Shown here: piece after piece, positions 13,805 through 25,867 of the stretch | Layout of the letters: every line of letters starts with the position of its first letter | Position numbering within the stretch: position 1 is the stretch's first letter | Source of the DNA: Mobula hypostoma | Lineage: Eukaryota | Reading direction: 5' to 3' | Assembly: GCF_963921235.1 (NCBI RefSeq) | Contig: NC_086097.1 | Coordinates: forward strand, 255,256,001-255,320,000 | DNA: 64,000 bases | Position numbers and translations under genes: made by a program | The notes under the pieces: generated by a model | Database searches by the model: none | What the model was told of the DNA's origin: nothing | The model's input: only the letters and a program-made list of their open reading frames with translations

Positions 13805-15545
13805 TAATATACAATGCTGGAAAATGCATGCTCATGCACTTAGGTTGTAGAAATAAACGTGCAGACTATTTTCTAAACAGGGAGAAAATCCAAAAATCTG
13901 AGATGCAAAGGGACATGGGAGTTCTTGTGCAGAACACCCTAAAGGTTAACTTGCAGGTTGAGTCGGTGGTGAGGAAGGCAAATGCCATGTTAGCATTCAC
14001 TTCAAGAGATCGAAAATACAAAAGCAGGAATGTGATGCTGAGGCTTTATAAGAAACTGGTGAGGCCTCACCTTGAGTATTGTGAACAGTTTTGGGCTCCC
14101 TATTTATGAAAATATGTGCTGGCATTGGAGAAAGTTCAGAGGTGGTTCAAAAAGATGACTCCTCGAACGTAAGGTTTATCATACGATGAATGTTTGATAG
14201 CTCTGGATCTGTACTGCTGGAATTTACATAGAAACATAGAAAACCTACAGCACAATACAGGCCCTTCAGCCCACAATGCTGTGCCGAACATGTTCTTACT
14301 TTAGAAATTACCTAGGGTTACTCATAGTCCTCTATTTTTCTAAGCTCCATGTACCTATCCAGGAGTTTCTTAAACCCTATCATATCTGCCTCCACCACCG
14401 TTGCCGGCAGCCCATTCCACGCACTCACCACTCTCTGCGTAAAAATATTTACCCCTGACATCTCCTCACCTTAAAACTGTGCCCTCTCGTGTTAGCCATT
14501 TCAGCCCTGGGAAAAAGCCTCTGACTATCCACACAATCAATGCCTCTCATCACCTTATACACCTCTATCAGGTCTCCTCTCATTCTCCGTCGCTCCATGG
14601 AGCAAAGGCCAAGTTCACTCAAACTATTCTCATAAGGCATGCTCCTCAATCCAGGCAACATCCTTGTAAATCTCCTCTGCACCCTTTCTGTAGTTTCCAC
14701 ATCCTTCCTATAGTGAGGTGAACAGAACTGAGCACAGTACTCCAAGTGGGGTCTGACCAGGGTCCTATATAGCTGCAACATTACCTCTCTGCTCTTAAAT
14801 TCAATTCCACGGTTGATGAAGGCCAAGGCACCTTATGCCTTCTTAACCACAGAGTCAACCTGCTTAGCAGCTTTGAGTGTCCTATGGATTTGGACCCCAA
14901 GATCTCTCCGATCCTCCACAATATAAAAGGATGAGGGGGTATCTCATTGAAACCTTTCGAATATTGAAAGGCCTAGACAGAGGAGATGTGGAAAGGAAGT
15001 TTCCCATGAACATAGAACATAGAAACCTACAGCACATTACAGGCCCTTTGGCCCACTATGTTGTGCCGACCATGTAACTTACTTTAGAAACTGCCTAGAA
15101 TTTCCCTAGTGCATAGCGGTGTATTTTTCTAAGCTCCATGTCCCTATCTAAGAGGCTCTTATTGAATCTGCTTCCACCACTGCCACTGGCAGTGCATTCC
15201 ACACATCTGCCGCACTCTCACGGTGGAGGAGTCTTGGACAAGAGGGCACAGCCTCAGGATAGACGGGCGTCCATTTAAAGCAGAGGTGCAGAGAAATTTC
15301 CTTAGCCAAAGGGTGGTGAATTTGTGGAATTTATTACCATGGGCAGCTGTGGAGGCCAGGTTGCTGGGTGTATTTAACGCACAGCTTAATAGGTTCTTGA
15401 TGGGACACAGCTTCAAAGCTTACAGGGAGAAGGCCAGGGAGTGCAGCTGAGGAGGGGGAGAAAACGATCAGCCATGATTGAATGGAGGAGTAGACTTGAT
15501 GCACCAAATGGCCCAATTCTGCTCCTATGTCTTATGGTCCTATGA
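13805..15545 (+). mobile_element. Degraded CR1 3' half with nested antisense CR1 pieces (14227-14920, about 15010-15220)
   Basis: The plus-strand CR1 frame breaks at ctggaattt (14225) and resumes at aaggatgagggggtatctc (about 14927); the inserts start with (CATAGAAA)n tails. Confidence 0.8.
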
Positions 15546-15574
15546 TCTGTAACTTTTGGTGTATTGACTAAACA

Positions 15575-15905
15575 GGATAACCATCAGGCTCTTGAATCAA
15601 AGGGGCTAACTACACTCAACTTCACTCATCACATCACCAAACTGTTTCCACAACCCAGAGACTCACTTTCAAAGACTCCTCATTTGATGTTCTCTATACC
15701 TATTGTTGTTTTTTTTCATTTGTATTTGCAGTTTGTTGTCTTTTGCACTTTGGTTTTTTGTCCGTCCTGTTGAATGTGGTCCTTCATTGATTCTATGGTT
15801 TTTCTTGGATTTACTGTGTCTGTCCACAAGAAAACGAATCTCAGGGTTGTATATGGTGACATATATGTACTTTGATAATAAATTTATTTTGACCTTTCAA
15901 CTTTG
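15575..15905 (+). mobile_element. Rex1/Babar-type 3' UTR fragment
   Basis: Shares caagaaaacgaatctcagggttgtatatggtgac...gataataaatttattttga with 4680-4745 and with the minus-strand copy at 42360-42450. Confidence 0.55.
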
Positions 15906-15921
15906 AGATAACAGTCCTATA

Positions 15922-16028
15922 GGGAATAAAGTCCTGATGAAGGGTCTCGGCCCAAAATGTCGACTGTTTATTCCCTTCAATAGAAGCTGCCTAATCTGAT
16001 GAGTTCCTCCAGCATTTTGTACGTGCTG
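15922..16028 (+). ncRNA. Hammerhead-ribozyme-like motif in a Penelope-like terminal fragment (core mutated)
   Basis: AGTC-CTGATGA-A-GGGTCTCGGCCC-aAAATG-TC-GACT at 15930-15965 within GGGAATAAA...TTTATTCCC; the GAAAC core reads AAAAT, consistent with CpG decay. Confidence 0.6.
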
Positions 16029-16334
16029 AATATAGAGAATAAAACTCCCTCTGTTTTTGAGTGCCCAGTGACACTGAGGAACTGATTTCATGTGGTTGAC
16101 AAGATCATTAAAATTGCTTCAAGGCTATTGCAGAACAGTGTAGAGTTGTGGCTTGGCAGTGCAAAAAGTTGATCAAAACAAAAAAACTATGATGAGAAAA
16201 TATTTGTGAAGGGCTTGATTATAGTGCTTCCAGTCACATTATTGATGCTGAATGTGGAAGTTGGCTGTGGAAGTGTTTCTGGAACATTTCACAGTCCGTT
16301 ATTCACCCCGTACATAGTCATTCCATTCAAACAG

Positions 16335-16713
16335 TACTCTCAGTGACCACTTCATTATGTACGCCTGTAGACCTGCTCATTGACATATATATCTAATCAG
16401 CCATCCGAAAAGCACGCATACTTCAGACCAAACTTCAGAATGGGGGATAAATGTGATCTCAGTAACTTTGGCCATGGAATGATTTTGGTGCCAGACTGAG
16501 CGATTTGAGTATCCCAGAAACTGCTGATCTCCTGGGATTTTCATGCATAACAGTACCTGGGATTTACAGAGAATCGTGCAGAAAAACAAAAAAAAACATC
16601 CAGTGAGTGCTGAAAATGCCTTGTTAATAATGAGAGTGGTCAGACGAGAATGGCCAGACTGGTTTAAACTGACAGGAAGCCAAAAATAACTCAAATAACC
16701 ACGTATTACAACA
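16335..16713 (+). mobile_element. Tc1/mariner relic: left TIR and N-terminal transposase remnant
   Basis: TA + ctctcagtgaccacttcattatgtac TIR; degraded frames read KCDLSNFGHGMI, SIPETADLLGFS, RMARLV and TQITT, typical of Tc1 transposase N-termini. Confidence 0.75.
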
Positions 16714-16891
16714 GTTTCTATACCCTAGGTAATTTCTAAAGTAAGTACATGTTTGGCACAACATTGTGGGCCAAAGGGCCTGTATTATGTTGTAGGCTTT
16801 CTATGTTTCTACAAAAGTGGTATGCATCTCTGAACACAGAAGATCTGGAACCTGGAAGTGTATGGGTTACGGATGCAGAAGACCACAAATA

Positions 16892-16951
16892 TACTCTCAA
16901 TGGCCACTTTATTAGGTCAGAAGGTATCAAATAAAATGGCCATTGAGTATA
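16892..16951. mobile_element. About 60-bp Tc1-derived MITE (TIRs only)
   Basis: TA-ctctcaatggccactttatt ... aataaaatggccattgagta-TA inverted ends matching the TIR at 16337. Confidence 0.65.
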
Positions 16952-17789
16952 TTTGCATTAATTATCAAAGAACTCACTGCACACCGTGAGATGATTTCCA
17001 GATTCTCTTTGGTCCTGTAAGACAAGTAATTTCTCATTGATAAGTCTAGTTTGTGTTAAGGCACTGATCTGATGTCAGTTCAATGATTCTACATCCCCTT
17101 GGGCTGGCAGAGATAAATCTGTCAGCATTGTTGCTATCGATGGAAGATCATTAACCTGTCTGGATTGTCTTATGGTCTGAAGGTCTCCCAGAATTAAAGG
17201 TTAATTTTCTGCATACCATTATATTGAGACACACACAAAGGAGGGCAATCTGAAATACCGGAACATGCATGAACGAGCTGCAGCAGTTTTCCCTAAGGTA
17301 GATTTGACTTTGTAAAATGAGGTTAAACATGTCAGTGGATGTCAACAGAAGTAAGGTTGGAAAGATATAAAACAACTCACTGATGCCTAATTTGCAGAGC
17401 CACACATTCTAGTCTGAACCTTACGGGAACAATGGAAGAGAGTCAGTGTAACTTCAGATTTGTTAAAGCCCGGGAGCACAAGGCGATATAGTTTGCAGCT
17501 GTCCCTGTGCTGATTCAGTCTGTGGCTGAGGTAGCCGATCAAACCTTCGCAGATTCTATGGCAATCTCTCTTGGTCATGACCTTTCCTCACTGAATCTGT
17601 GCATATGCAAACTTTTTCTGCCTGACTACTTAATACGACCTGACTTTTAATTTATGCAGAGGGCCTTACTACACTTGAAGGCTTGTCAGATTCACATTCA
17701 GATTTAAATTTATTTATCACATTTACATCGAAACATTCAGTGAAAGCCATCATTTGTGTCACCCACTCAGCATGCAGTACTCCAGGTTT

Positions 17790-19055
17790 GGCCTCACCAG
17801 TACCTTGTACGTTTACAGCGTAACCTCCCTGAAGCACCTTCAATTACTCCAAAAGACTGAGGTTTGGTAAAAATACTGAAAGGCTTTTATTCGCTGTACA
17901 ATACGACCTCCACAGTGAGTGTCTGCCCCCGGACTGAGGGGGAGGGGCAAGACGAACACCTTTATACAGGACTCTGTGGGAGGAGCCACAGGGGCAGTCA
18001 GCAGAGGGGTGTGTCCAGACAGGTAACCGAGTTACAACATATATACATGGTTTACCACACTCCCTGCTCTTAAATTCAATCCCTCTAGCGATGAAGGCCA
18101 ATGTTCCATTTGCCTTCTTGATAGCCTGCTGCACCGCAAACCAATCTTTTGTGATTCATGCAAAAGCTCTCCCAAGTCCCTCTGCACAGCAGCGTGCTGC
18201 AATTTTTACCATTTAAATGATAATCTGCTCTTTCATTTTACCTTCCAAAGTGGATGAGCTCACATTTACCAACGTTGTACTCATCTCAATCTGCCAGACC
18301 TTTGCCCACTCAAACTATTTACTGTATACCTCTCTGCAGACTCGCTGTATCTTCTGAACATTTTGCTTTTCCACTCAATTTAGTATCATCAGCAAACTTA
18401 GATACACTACACAAGGTCCCCTCTTGCAGATCGTTAATGTATATCGTGAGCAGTTGTGGGCCCAGCTCTAACCCCTGCTGCACACCGCTCATCACTGATT
18501 GCCAACCAGAGTAACACACGTGTATCCCAACTCTCTGCTTTGTATTAGTTAACCAATCCTCTATCCATGCTGATACATCACCCCAACTCTACGCATGGTT
18601 ATCTTATGGATAATTTTTTTATGTGGCACCTTATCAAATGCCTTCTGGAAATCCAATAAATAACACCCATCTGTTCCCCTCTATCCACTGCACTCGTTAT
18701 ATCTTCAAAGAACTCCAGTAAGTTTGCCAAACAGGATCCGCATTTGCTGAATCCATGCTGTGTCTGCCTGATGGATCCATTTCTTTCCAGATGCCTCACT
18801 ATTTCTTCTTTAATGATAGCTTCAAGCATTTTCCCAAATACAGATGTTAAACTGACTGGTTTATAGTTACCTGCCTTTTGCCTACATCGTTTTTTGAATA
18901 GTGGCGTGACATTCGCCATCTTCTAATCCACCAGGACCTGCCCAGAGCCCAGAGAATTTTGGTAAATCATCACCAAAGCCTCTACTATAACTTCTGCCAT
19001 TTCTTTCAGTACCCTGGGATGCATTCCATCAGGACCAGAGAATTGTCTATCTTCA
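17790..19055 (-). mobile_element. Degraded CR1 RT fragment interrupted by a solo LTR
   Basis: ORFs 18919-18599, 18519-18319 and 18134-18060 carry CR1 RT motifs. Confidence 0.85.
17830..18059 (-). mobile_element. Solo LTR, 230 bp, with 5-bp TSD CTCCC
   Basis: Minus strand TGTGGTAAA...GTGCTTCA with TATAAA and AATAAA in order; CTCCC at 17825-17829 and 18060-18064; removing it restores the CR1 sequence. Confidence 0.88.
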
Positions 19056-19275
19056 GAAAAAAAGATTCTGTAGATGTTGGAAATCCAGAGAAACACAGTC
19101 AAAATACTGGCGGAACCCAGCATGTCAGGTAGAATCTATGAAAGGAATAAACAGTGGATGTTTCAGGCCAAGACACTTCATAAATCCTGATATGGAGTCT
19201 CGGCCTGAAACATCGATTGTTTATTCCTTTCCGTGGATGCTGCCTCACCTACTGAGTTCCTCCGGCATTTTTTTA
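19056..19275. mobile_element. Palindromic Penelope-like element with hammerhead-like motif
   Basis: Inverted arms around about 19182 (aaaggaataaacag...tgtttattccttt); AATC-CTGATAT-GGAGTCTCGGCCT-GAAAC-ATC-GATT at 19183-19218. Confidence 0.7.
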
Positions 19276-19879
19276 ATGTTACCCTGGAACTGAATGTGTC
19301 ACCCACCTGGAAAGATACAGAGAAAACAGAGACATTAAGTAGGATGTGTTTGAAAATCTCTGACTAACCTCGAACAGCTACATATTCAATAGCCTGTCTC
19401 CATGGAAACACAGGCCAAAAGCTGCACCGTTCTTACTTATCCCAGAGCACTCCTTCATTGGCCGGCTCCCAGCATTGATTAACTATTTTGTATCTGTCTA
19501 ACAGACCCTTGAGTGACAAAATGTTGTCAGAGATTTAATTTGCTTGGTGTTTCTCTTCACAACATAAGGAAATTGAGGAAGGTCAACAAGAACAGGACTC
19601 ATTAATTGGATTTCACACAAAACCACTCTTTCATTATTAATTACACAAAGAGCCCTGTGTGTCTCTTTGCTAATGAGCACCCTGCACAGAGACCATTGAC
19701 AGCCTACTGAGAGGTCTGCTCTCACGCTGTGACATCACTGGGATCCTGTTGTCCCAAATTCATTTGATTCAAACTAAAGCCATGTATTACTGCAGGTTCT
19801 GAGAATTTCCCATCCACTGCCCCATTGGTAAATTATATAACTACGGCATTGTGGTATATTAAATATACTATAACTGATG

Positions 19880-20120
19880 GTATATCACGGTAGCGTAGTG
19901 GTTAGCGCAATGATATTACAGCTTGGGGCATCAGAATTCGGAATTCAATTCCAACATCATTTGTAAGCATTTTGTCAGTTCTTCCCATGCACGTGCCGGT
20001 TTCCTGCGGGTGCTCCACTTTCTTCCCACAGTCCAAAGAACCCATTAGTAGGTTAGCTGGTCATTGTAAATTGTCCTGTTATTAGGTCTAGACTTAATTA
20101 GGTGAGTTGCTGGGTGGCAC
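19880..20120 (+). mobile_element. tRNA-derived V-SINE (HE1-like)
   Basis: A box tagcgtagtgg, B-box-like gaattcaattcc, V domain ggtttcctgcgggtgctccactttcttcccacagtccaaaga. Confidence 0.75.
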
Positions 20121-20127
20121 ATCTTGA

Positions 20128-20600
20128 AGTGTTTTCTTGTGGGCAGACACAGTAAATTCAAGAAACGTAACATAATCAATGAAAGACTGCACCCATCTGG
20201 ACAGACAAACAAGCAAATTGCAAGAGACAATAAAATGAAAATACAAAAAAAAGAAAAACAAATAAATGAATAAGCAATAAATCTTAAGGATATGAAATGA
20301 AGAGTCCTTGAAAGTAAGTCCATAGGTTGTGGAACAGTTCAATGATGAGGTGAGTGAAGTTATCCGCTTTGGAGTCTGATGACTGAAGTGTAATAACTGT
20401 TCTTGAACCTAGTGGTGTGAGTCCTGAGGCTCTTGTACCTTCTTCCTGATGGCAGCAGTGAGAAGAGAGCATGGTCTGGCTGGTTGTGGTGGTGGTGAGG
20501 GGGCAGCGGGGAGGTGTTCTTGGTGACAGATGCTGCTTTCCTGTGACAACCACTTTATTACGTAGATTCGTACATATCCTCATGAATGGCTCCAGCCAAC
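20128..20600 (-). mobile_element. Rex1/Babar LINE 3' fragment
   Basis: Minus strand encodes HALFSLLPSGRRYKSLRTHTTRFKNSYY followed by 3' UTR. Confidence 0.75.
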
Positions 20601-20679
20601 TGTGAAATTTCTTGTCCTGTTCATCTTTTTTTATGACTGAAAAACGCAACTGAACTTTAGGAACATAAATATGAAAGTT

Positions 20680-23600
20680 GACCATAAGACATAGGAGCAG
20701 AATTAGGCCATTCAGCCCATCGTGTCTGCTTCTCCATCATGGCTGATCCTGGATCCCACTCAACACCATACAACTGCCTTCTCACCATGTCTTTGATAAT
20801 GTGGCTGATCAGGAAACGATCAACTTCCACCTTAAATATACACACGGACTTGGCCTCCACCACAGTCTGTGGCAGAGCATTCCACATATTTACTACTCTG
20901 GCTAAAACAATTCCTCCTTACCTCCGTTCTAAAGGGCCGCCCCTCAATTTTGAGGCTGTGCCCTCTCATTGTAGATACCCCCACCAGAGGAAACATCCTC
21001 TCCACATCCACCCTATCTAGTCCTTTCAACATTCGGTAGGTTTCAGAACATAGAACATAGAAGAGTACAGCAGTATCATATAGTAGCAAAACTAGTAGAG
21101 TAGGTTTCAGAACACAGAACAGAGAAATCTACAGCGCACTACAGGCCCTTCGGCCCACAACGTTGTGCTGACCATGTAACCTACTCTAGAAACTGCCAGA
21201 GTTTCCTGACCTCATAGCCCTCTATTTTTCTAAGCTCCACCTATCTAAGACTCTCTTAAAAGACCCTACTGTATCCACCTCTACCACTGATGCTGGCAGT
21301 GCATTCCATGCCCGGATTGGGGAGCATGCCTTATAAGAATAGGTTGAGTGAACTCAGCCTTTTCTCCTTGGAGCAGCAGAGGATGACAGGTGACTTGATA
21401 GAGGTGTACAAGATGATGAGAGGCATTGGTCGTGTGGATAGTCAGAGGCTTTTTCCCAGGGCTGAATTGGCTAGCTTGGAAGTTCATCTGCCTAAGGAGA
21501 TGTCAGGGGTAAGTTTTCTACGCAGACTGGTGAGTGCGTGGAATGGGCTGCGGGCAACGGTGGTGGAGGCAGATATGATAGGGTTTAAGAAACTCCTGGA
21601 TAGGTACATGGAGCTTAGAAAAATAGAGGGCTATGGGTCACCCGAGGTAATTTCTAAAGTAAGAACATGTTCAGCACAACTTTGTGGGCTGAAGGGCCTA
21701 TATTGTGCTGTAGGTTTTCTATGTTTCTGTATTTCTATTGTGGAGGGATTCATAATGATCTTTCAGCAATCAGTAGATTCTGGAGGAATGGAAAATTGCA
21801 AATGTCACTCCATTCTTCAAGAAGGGAGAGAAGTAGAAGAAAGGAAACTATACACAAACAGAAGAAAATCTGCAGATGCTGGAAATCTGAGCAACACACA
21901 CAAATTGCTGGAGGGACCCAGCAGGCCAGGCAGCATCTGGCCTGAAATGTCAACTGTCATCTTTTCCACTGATGCTGCCTGGCCTGCTGAGTTCCTCCAG
22001 CATTTTGTGTGTATTGAAAGAAAACTATAGACCATTTAGCCTGACTTCAGTCATTGGATAATGTTGGAGTATGTTATTAAGGATGAGGTTTCAGGGTACT
22101 TGGCGGCACATGATAAAATAGGCCAAAGTCAGCATCGTTTTCTAAAGGAGAAATCTTGCCTGACAAATCTCAAATTTTTTGGGGAGGTAACAGGCAGGAT
22201 AGTGAAAGGAGAGTCATTGGATGTTGTGCACTTGGATTTACAGAAGGCTTTTAACAAAACATGAGGCTGCTTAAAAAAATAAGAACCCCTGGTATTCTAG
22301 GAAAGGTGCTAGAATTGATAGAAAATTGGTCAAGTAGCAGGGGACAAAGTGTTGGAATGAAGGAAGCCTTTTCTGGTTGGCTACCAGTGACTAGTGATGT
22401 GCCACAAAGGTTGGTGTTGGGTCACTTAATTTTTAAATTATAAAAGACCATAAGATACAGGAGCAAGATTAGGCCATTTGGCCCATCAAACCTGCTCTGC
22501 CATTCATCATGGCTGATCCATTTTCTCCCTTAGCCCCAACCTCCTGCTTTCTCTTCATATCTCTTCATGTCCTGACCATTCAAGAATCTATCAGCCTCTG
22601 CCTTAAATACACATAATGACTTGGCATGCACAGCCACCTGTGGCAAAGAATTCCATAGATTAACCATGCTCTGGCTAAAGAAACTCCTCCTCATCTCCAT
22701 TTTAAAAAGACGCCCCTCTGTTCTGAGGCTGTATCTTCTGGTCCTGGACTCTCCCACCATAAGAAACAGCATCTCCCGTCCACTCTATTGAGGCCTTTCA
22801 ATGTTCAAAAGGTTTCAATTAGGTCACCCCTCATCCTTCTTATTCCAGCGAGGAGAGCCATCAAATGCTCTTCATATGAAAAGCCACTCAATCCTGGAAT
22901 CATTTTCGTGAACCTCATTTGGACCCTCTCCAGCGTCAGCAGATCCGTTCTAAGATAAGGGGCCCAAACCTGCTCACAATACTCCGAGTGAGGCCTCACT
23001 AGTGCTTTATAAAGCCTCAGCTTTACATCCTTGTTTTTATACTCTAGTCCTCTTGAAATGAATGCTAACATCACATCTGCCTTCCTTACCACTAACTCAG
23101 TCTGCAAATTAACCTTTTGGGAATCCTGCACAAGGACTCCCAAGTGCCAATGCACTTCAGATTTTTGAATTTTGTCTCCATTTAGAAAATAGTCTACCTT
23201 TTGATTTCTTCTACCAAAGTGCATGACCGTACACTTCCCAACGATGTCATTCATCTGCCACCTCTTTGCCCATTCTCCTAATCTAAGTCTTCTGTAGCTT
23301 CTCTACTCCCTCAAAACTATCTGCTCCTCCACCTAACTTTGCATCATCCACAAACTTTGCAACAAAGCCATAACTGCCAAATCCAAGTAATTGATATATA
23401 GCATTATATAATTTGGCAACAAAGCCATCTTATTTAATCATCCAAATCATTGATCTACAGCTTAAAAAAGAAGCAATTCCAATGCAGACGCCTGTGGAAC
23501 ACCACTAGTTACCAGCAGCCAATGAGAAAAGGGTCATTTTATTCCACTCTTTGCCTCCTGCCAATCAGCCACTGCTTTATCCATGCACGTATCTTTCATT

Positions 23601-24400
23601 TAATATCATGGGTGCTTAACCTGTTAAGTAGTCTCATGTGTGGCACCTTGTCAAAGGCCTTCTGAGCATCCGAGTACAGAACATCCATCGATTCACCTTT
23701 GTCTATCTTGCTTGTTATTTCTTCAAAGAATTCCGACAGATTTGTCTGGCAAGATTTTCCCTTGAGGAAACTATGCTGACTATTTCATGCAAGTACCCTG
23801 AAACCACATCCTTAGCAACTGATGCCATCACCTTCCCAACCACTGAGATCAGACTAACTGGCCTATAATTTCCTTTCTTCTACCTGCCTCTCTCACTTCT
23901 TGAAGGGTGGAATGACATTTGCAATGTTTAAGTCTTCTGGAACCATTCCAGAATCTAGTGATTTTTGAAATATCATTACTAATGTTTCCACAATCTCCTC
24001 AGCCATCTCTTTCAGAACCCTGGGTGTGCACCATGTTGTTCAGGTGACTCATCTCTCACCACCATCGTGGCCTTGAATGTAACAGAATTGATCGTGTAGG
24101 TAGCCAGAGGCTTTTTACCAGGGCTGAAATGGCTAACACGAGGGGGCATTGCTTTAAGGTGCTTGGAAGTGGGTACGAGGGGAATGCCAGAGGTAAGTTT
24201 TTCACACAGAGTGGTGGGTGTGTGGAATGCACAGCGAAGGTGGTAGAAGTAGATACAACAGAGTCTTTTAAGAGCCTCTTAGATGGGTACCTGGAGCTTA
24301 GAAAAATAGAGGGCTATGAGGTAGGGGAACTCTAGGCTGTTTCCAGAGTAGGTCACATGGTTAGCATGTAATGTGCTGTAGATTTCTCTGTTCTATGTTC
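20680..24400. mobile_element. Cluster of nested, degraded CR1 fragments on both strands
   Basis: CR1 ORF2 remnants at 20657-21089 (-), 21300-21730 (+), 21735-22443 (+), 22445-24050 (-), 24085-24400 (+). Confidence 0.8.
21853..22015. mobile_element. Palindromic Penelope-like mini-insertion with 14-bp TSD
   Basis: gaaaggaaactata (21839-21852) and gaaagaaaactata (22016-22029); arms cagcaggccaggcagcatc / gatgctgcctggcctgctg. Confidence 0.72.
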
Positions 24401-24555
24401 TAAAAACTCTATAAAATTGGTTAGACACTGCCAACCACACACACAGACATGCTGGCTATCCTTAATCAGTCCATGTCTATCCAAATACTCATATATCCAG
24501 TCCCTTAGAATATTCCCACAGCTAATGTCGGGCTCACCAGCCTATAATTTCTTGG

Positions 24556-24631
24556 AACACACATCAAAGTTGCTGGCAGCAACTTTGATGTGTGTTGCTT
24601 GAATTTCCAGCATCTGCAGAATTCCTGTTGT
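24556..24631. mobile_element. 76-bp Penelope-like fold-back insertion with 13-bp TSD
   Basis: TATAATTTCTTGG at 24543-24555 and 24632-24644; perfect 20-bp inverted repeat 24556-24575 / 24577-24596. Confidence 0.8.
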
Positions 24632-25849
24632 TATAATTTCTTGGTTTATTTTTAGAGCCCTTCTTAAACAGCAGAACAACATTGGCTATGCTCCAATCCT
24701 CTGGCAACCCATCTGTTGCTAAGGATGAGTATCTCTGCTCGGGCCCTGGCAACCTTTGTAGGGTCTGAGGGAACACCTTGTCAGGGCCGATGCAGCACCA
24801 TTGGAAGCACCCAACCGCAGCGGACTCAGAATCCGGCCGAAAACTTGGAGTCTCCGACCAGCCCTTCGACACCGAGCACCATTCTCTGCCGAGAGCTTCG
24901 ACCCCATCCCGGCTGCTGAGCAACAGGCAAAGCCGAGGATTCGGGGCCTTCCCCTCCAGAGATTTCGGATCACACAGCAGCAGCAGCAGCAAAGCAGGCA
25001 TTTCAGAAGTTACACCAGATGTTCCTCTGTGCTCTCACGTCCGTCTCCATCAAATCAGGATTGTGCACGGCACCCTACTTGATAGATAACAGACATCACC
25101 ACCAGAGTGGCCGCTGCGAGTTGCGTCGCACCACCATCTTCTCCTCTCCCCTTATGCCGTTTTGATGCTGTTTTGCCTTACTTCTATACACTATATGTCT
25201 GTCTTCTGAGTAAAGACAGATGCAAATAAATCATTTACAATCTTCCCCATATTTTGGCTCCACACAATGATTATCATTCTGATCTTCTAGAAGATCACTT
25301 TTGTCCTTTGCAATAATTTTACGCTTAATGTATCTGTAGAATCATTTAGGATTCTCATTCCCTTTATCTGTTAAAGCAACCTCGTGCCTTCTTTGTAACA
25401 GGGTAGCAAATGACACAGCATCCACACAGACTGGGGTTTGCAGTGGGAATGAGCCATCTCAATCTCACGAGTTTGGCGAGACTTGAGAGTGCCTTCCCGA
25501 GAGTTACGCAGCCAGGGGAAGCAGAGTGTTTCATTTGCATATTTACTTTGAAACTAATAACATTGTGATCACTGGATGCAAAATGTTCACCTACCCAAAC
25601 TTCTGTAACCTGCCCTGTCTCATTCCCTAATAGCAGATCAAGGGTTGCACACTCTCTCATTGGGACTGATTAAGAAAATTTTCCTGAACACATTTGACAA
25701 ATTCTATCCCATTGTAATGTATTGTGGGAGTATTCGTAGCGTCAGAGTGTGTATGACATCCGGACGTGGAAAAGGTTTAAAAATAGAAGTCTGGTGAATA
25801 AACGAGGTTGTTCAATCTACAGCGGTGTCCGAGTCACATCAATATCACA

Positions 25850-25867
25850 TGGTGTCAGAAGTGGGAT
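25850..25867 (+). promoter_or_regulatory. Primer-binding site TGGTGTCAGAAGTGGGAT (complementary to tRNA-Leu 3' end)
   Basis: Immediately follows the 5' LTR CA and starts with TGG, complementary to CCA. Confidence 0.85.

Noticed and set aside
17387..17578. 63-aa ORF in unique sequence as a CSPG5 terminal exon
   Set aside because: No recognisable similarity and no convincing splice acceptor.
19437..19493. Candidate 57-nt phase 2-2 minus-strand exon (YKIVNQCWEPANEGVLWD) with AG and GTAAG
   Set aside because: Weak polypyrimidine tract and no resemblance to CSPG5 cytoplasmic sequence as I recall it; needs RNA evidence.
19885..19960. tRNA gene
   Set aside because: A/B-box-like head without a cloverleaf, followed by a V-SINE body.
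21290..22030. 246-aa ORF
   Set aside because: Read-through across two CR1 fragments and a Penelope-like insert.
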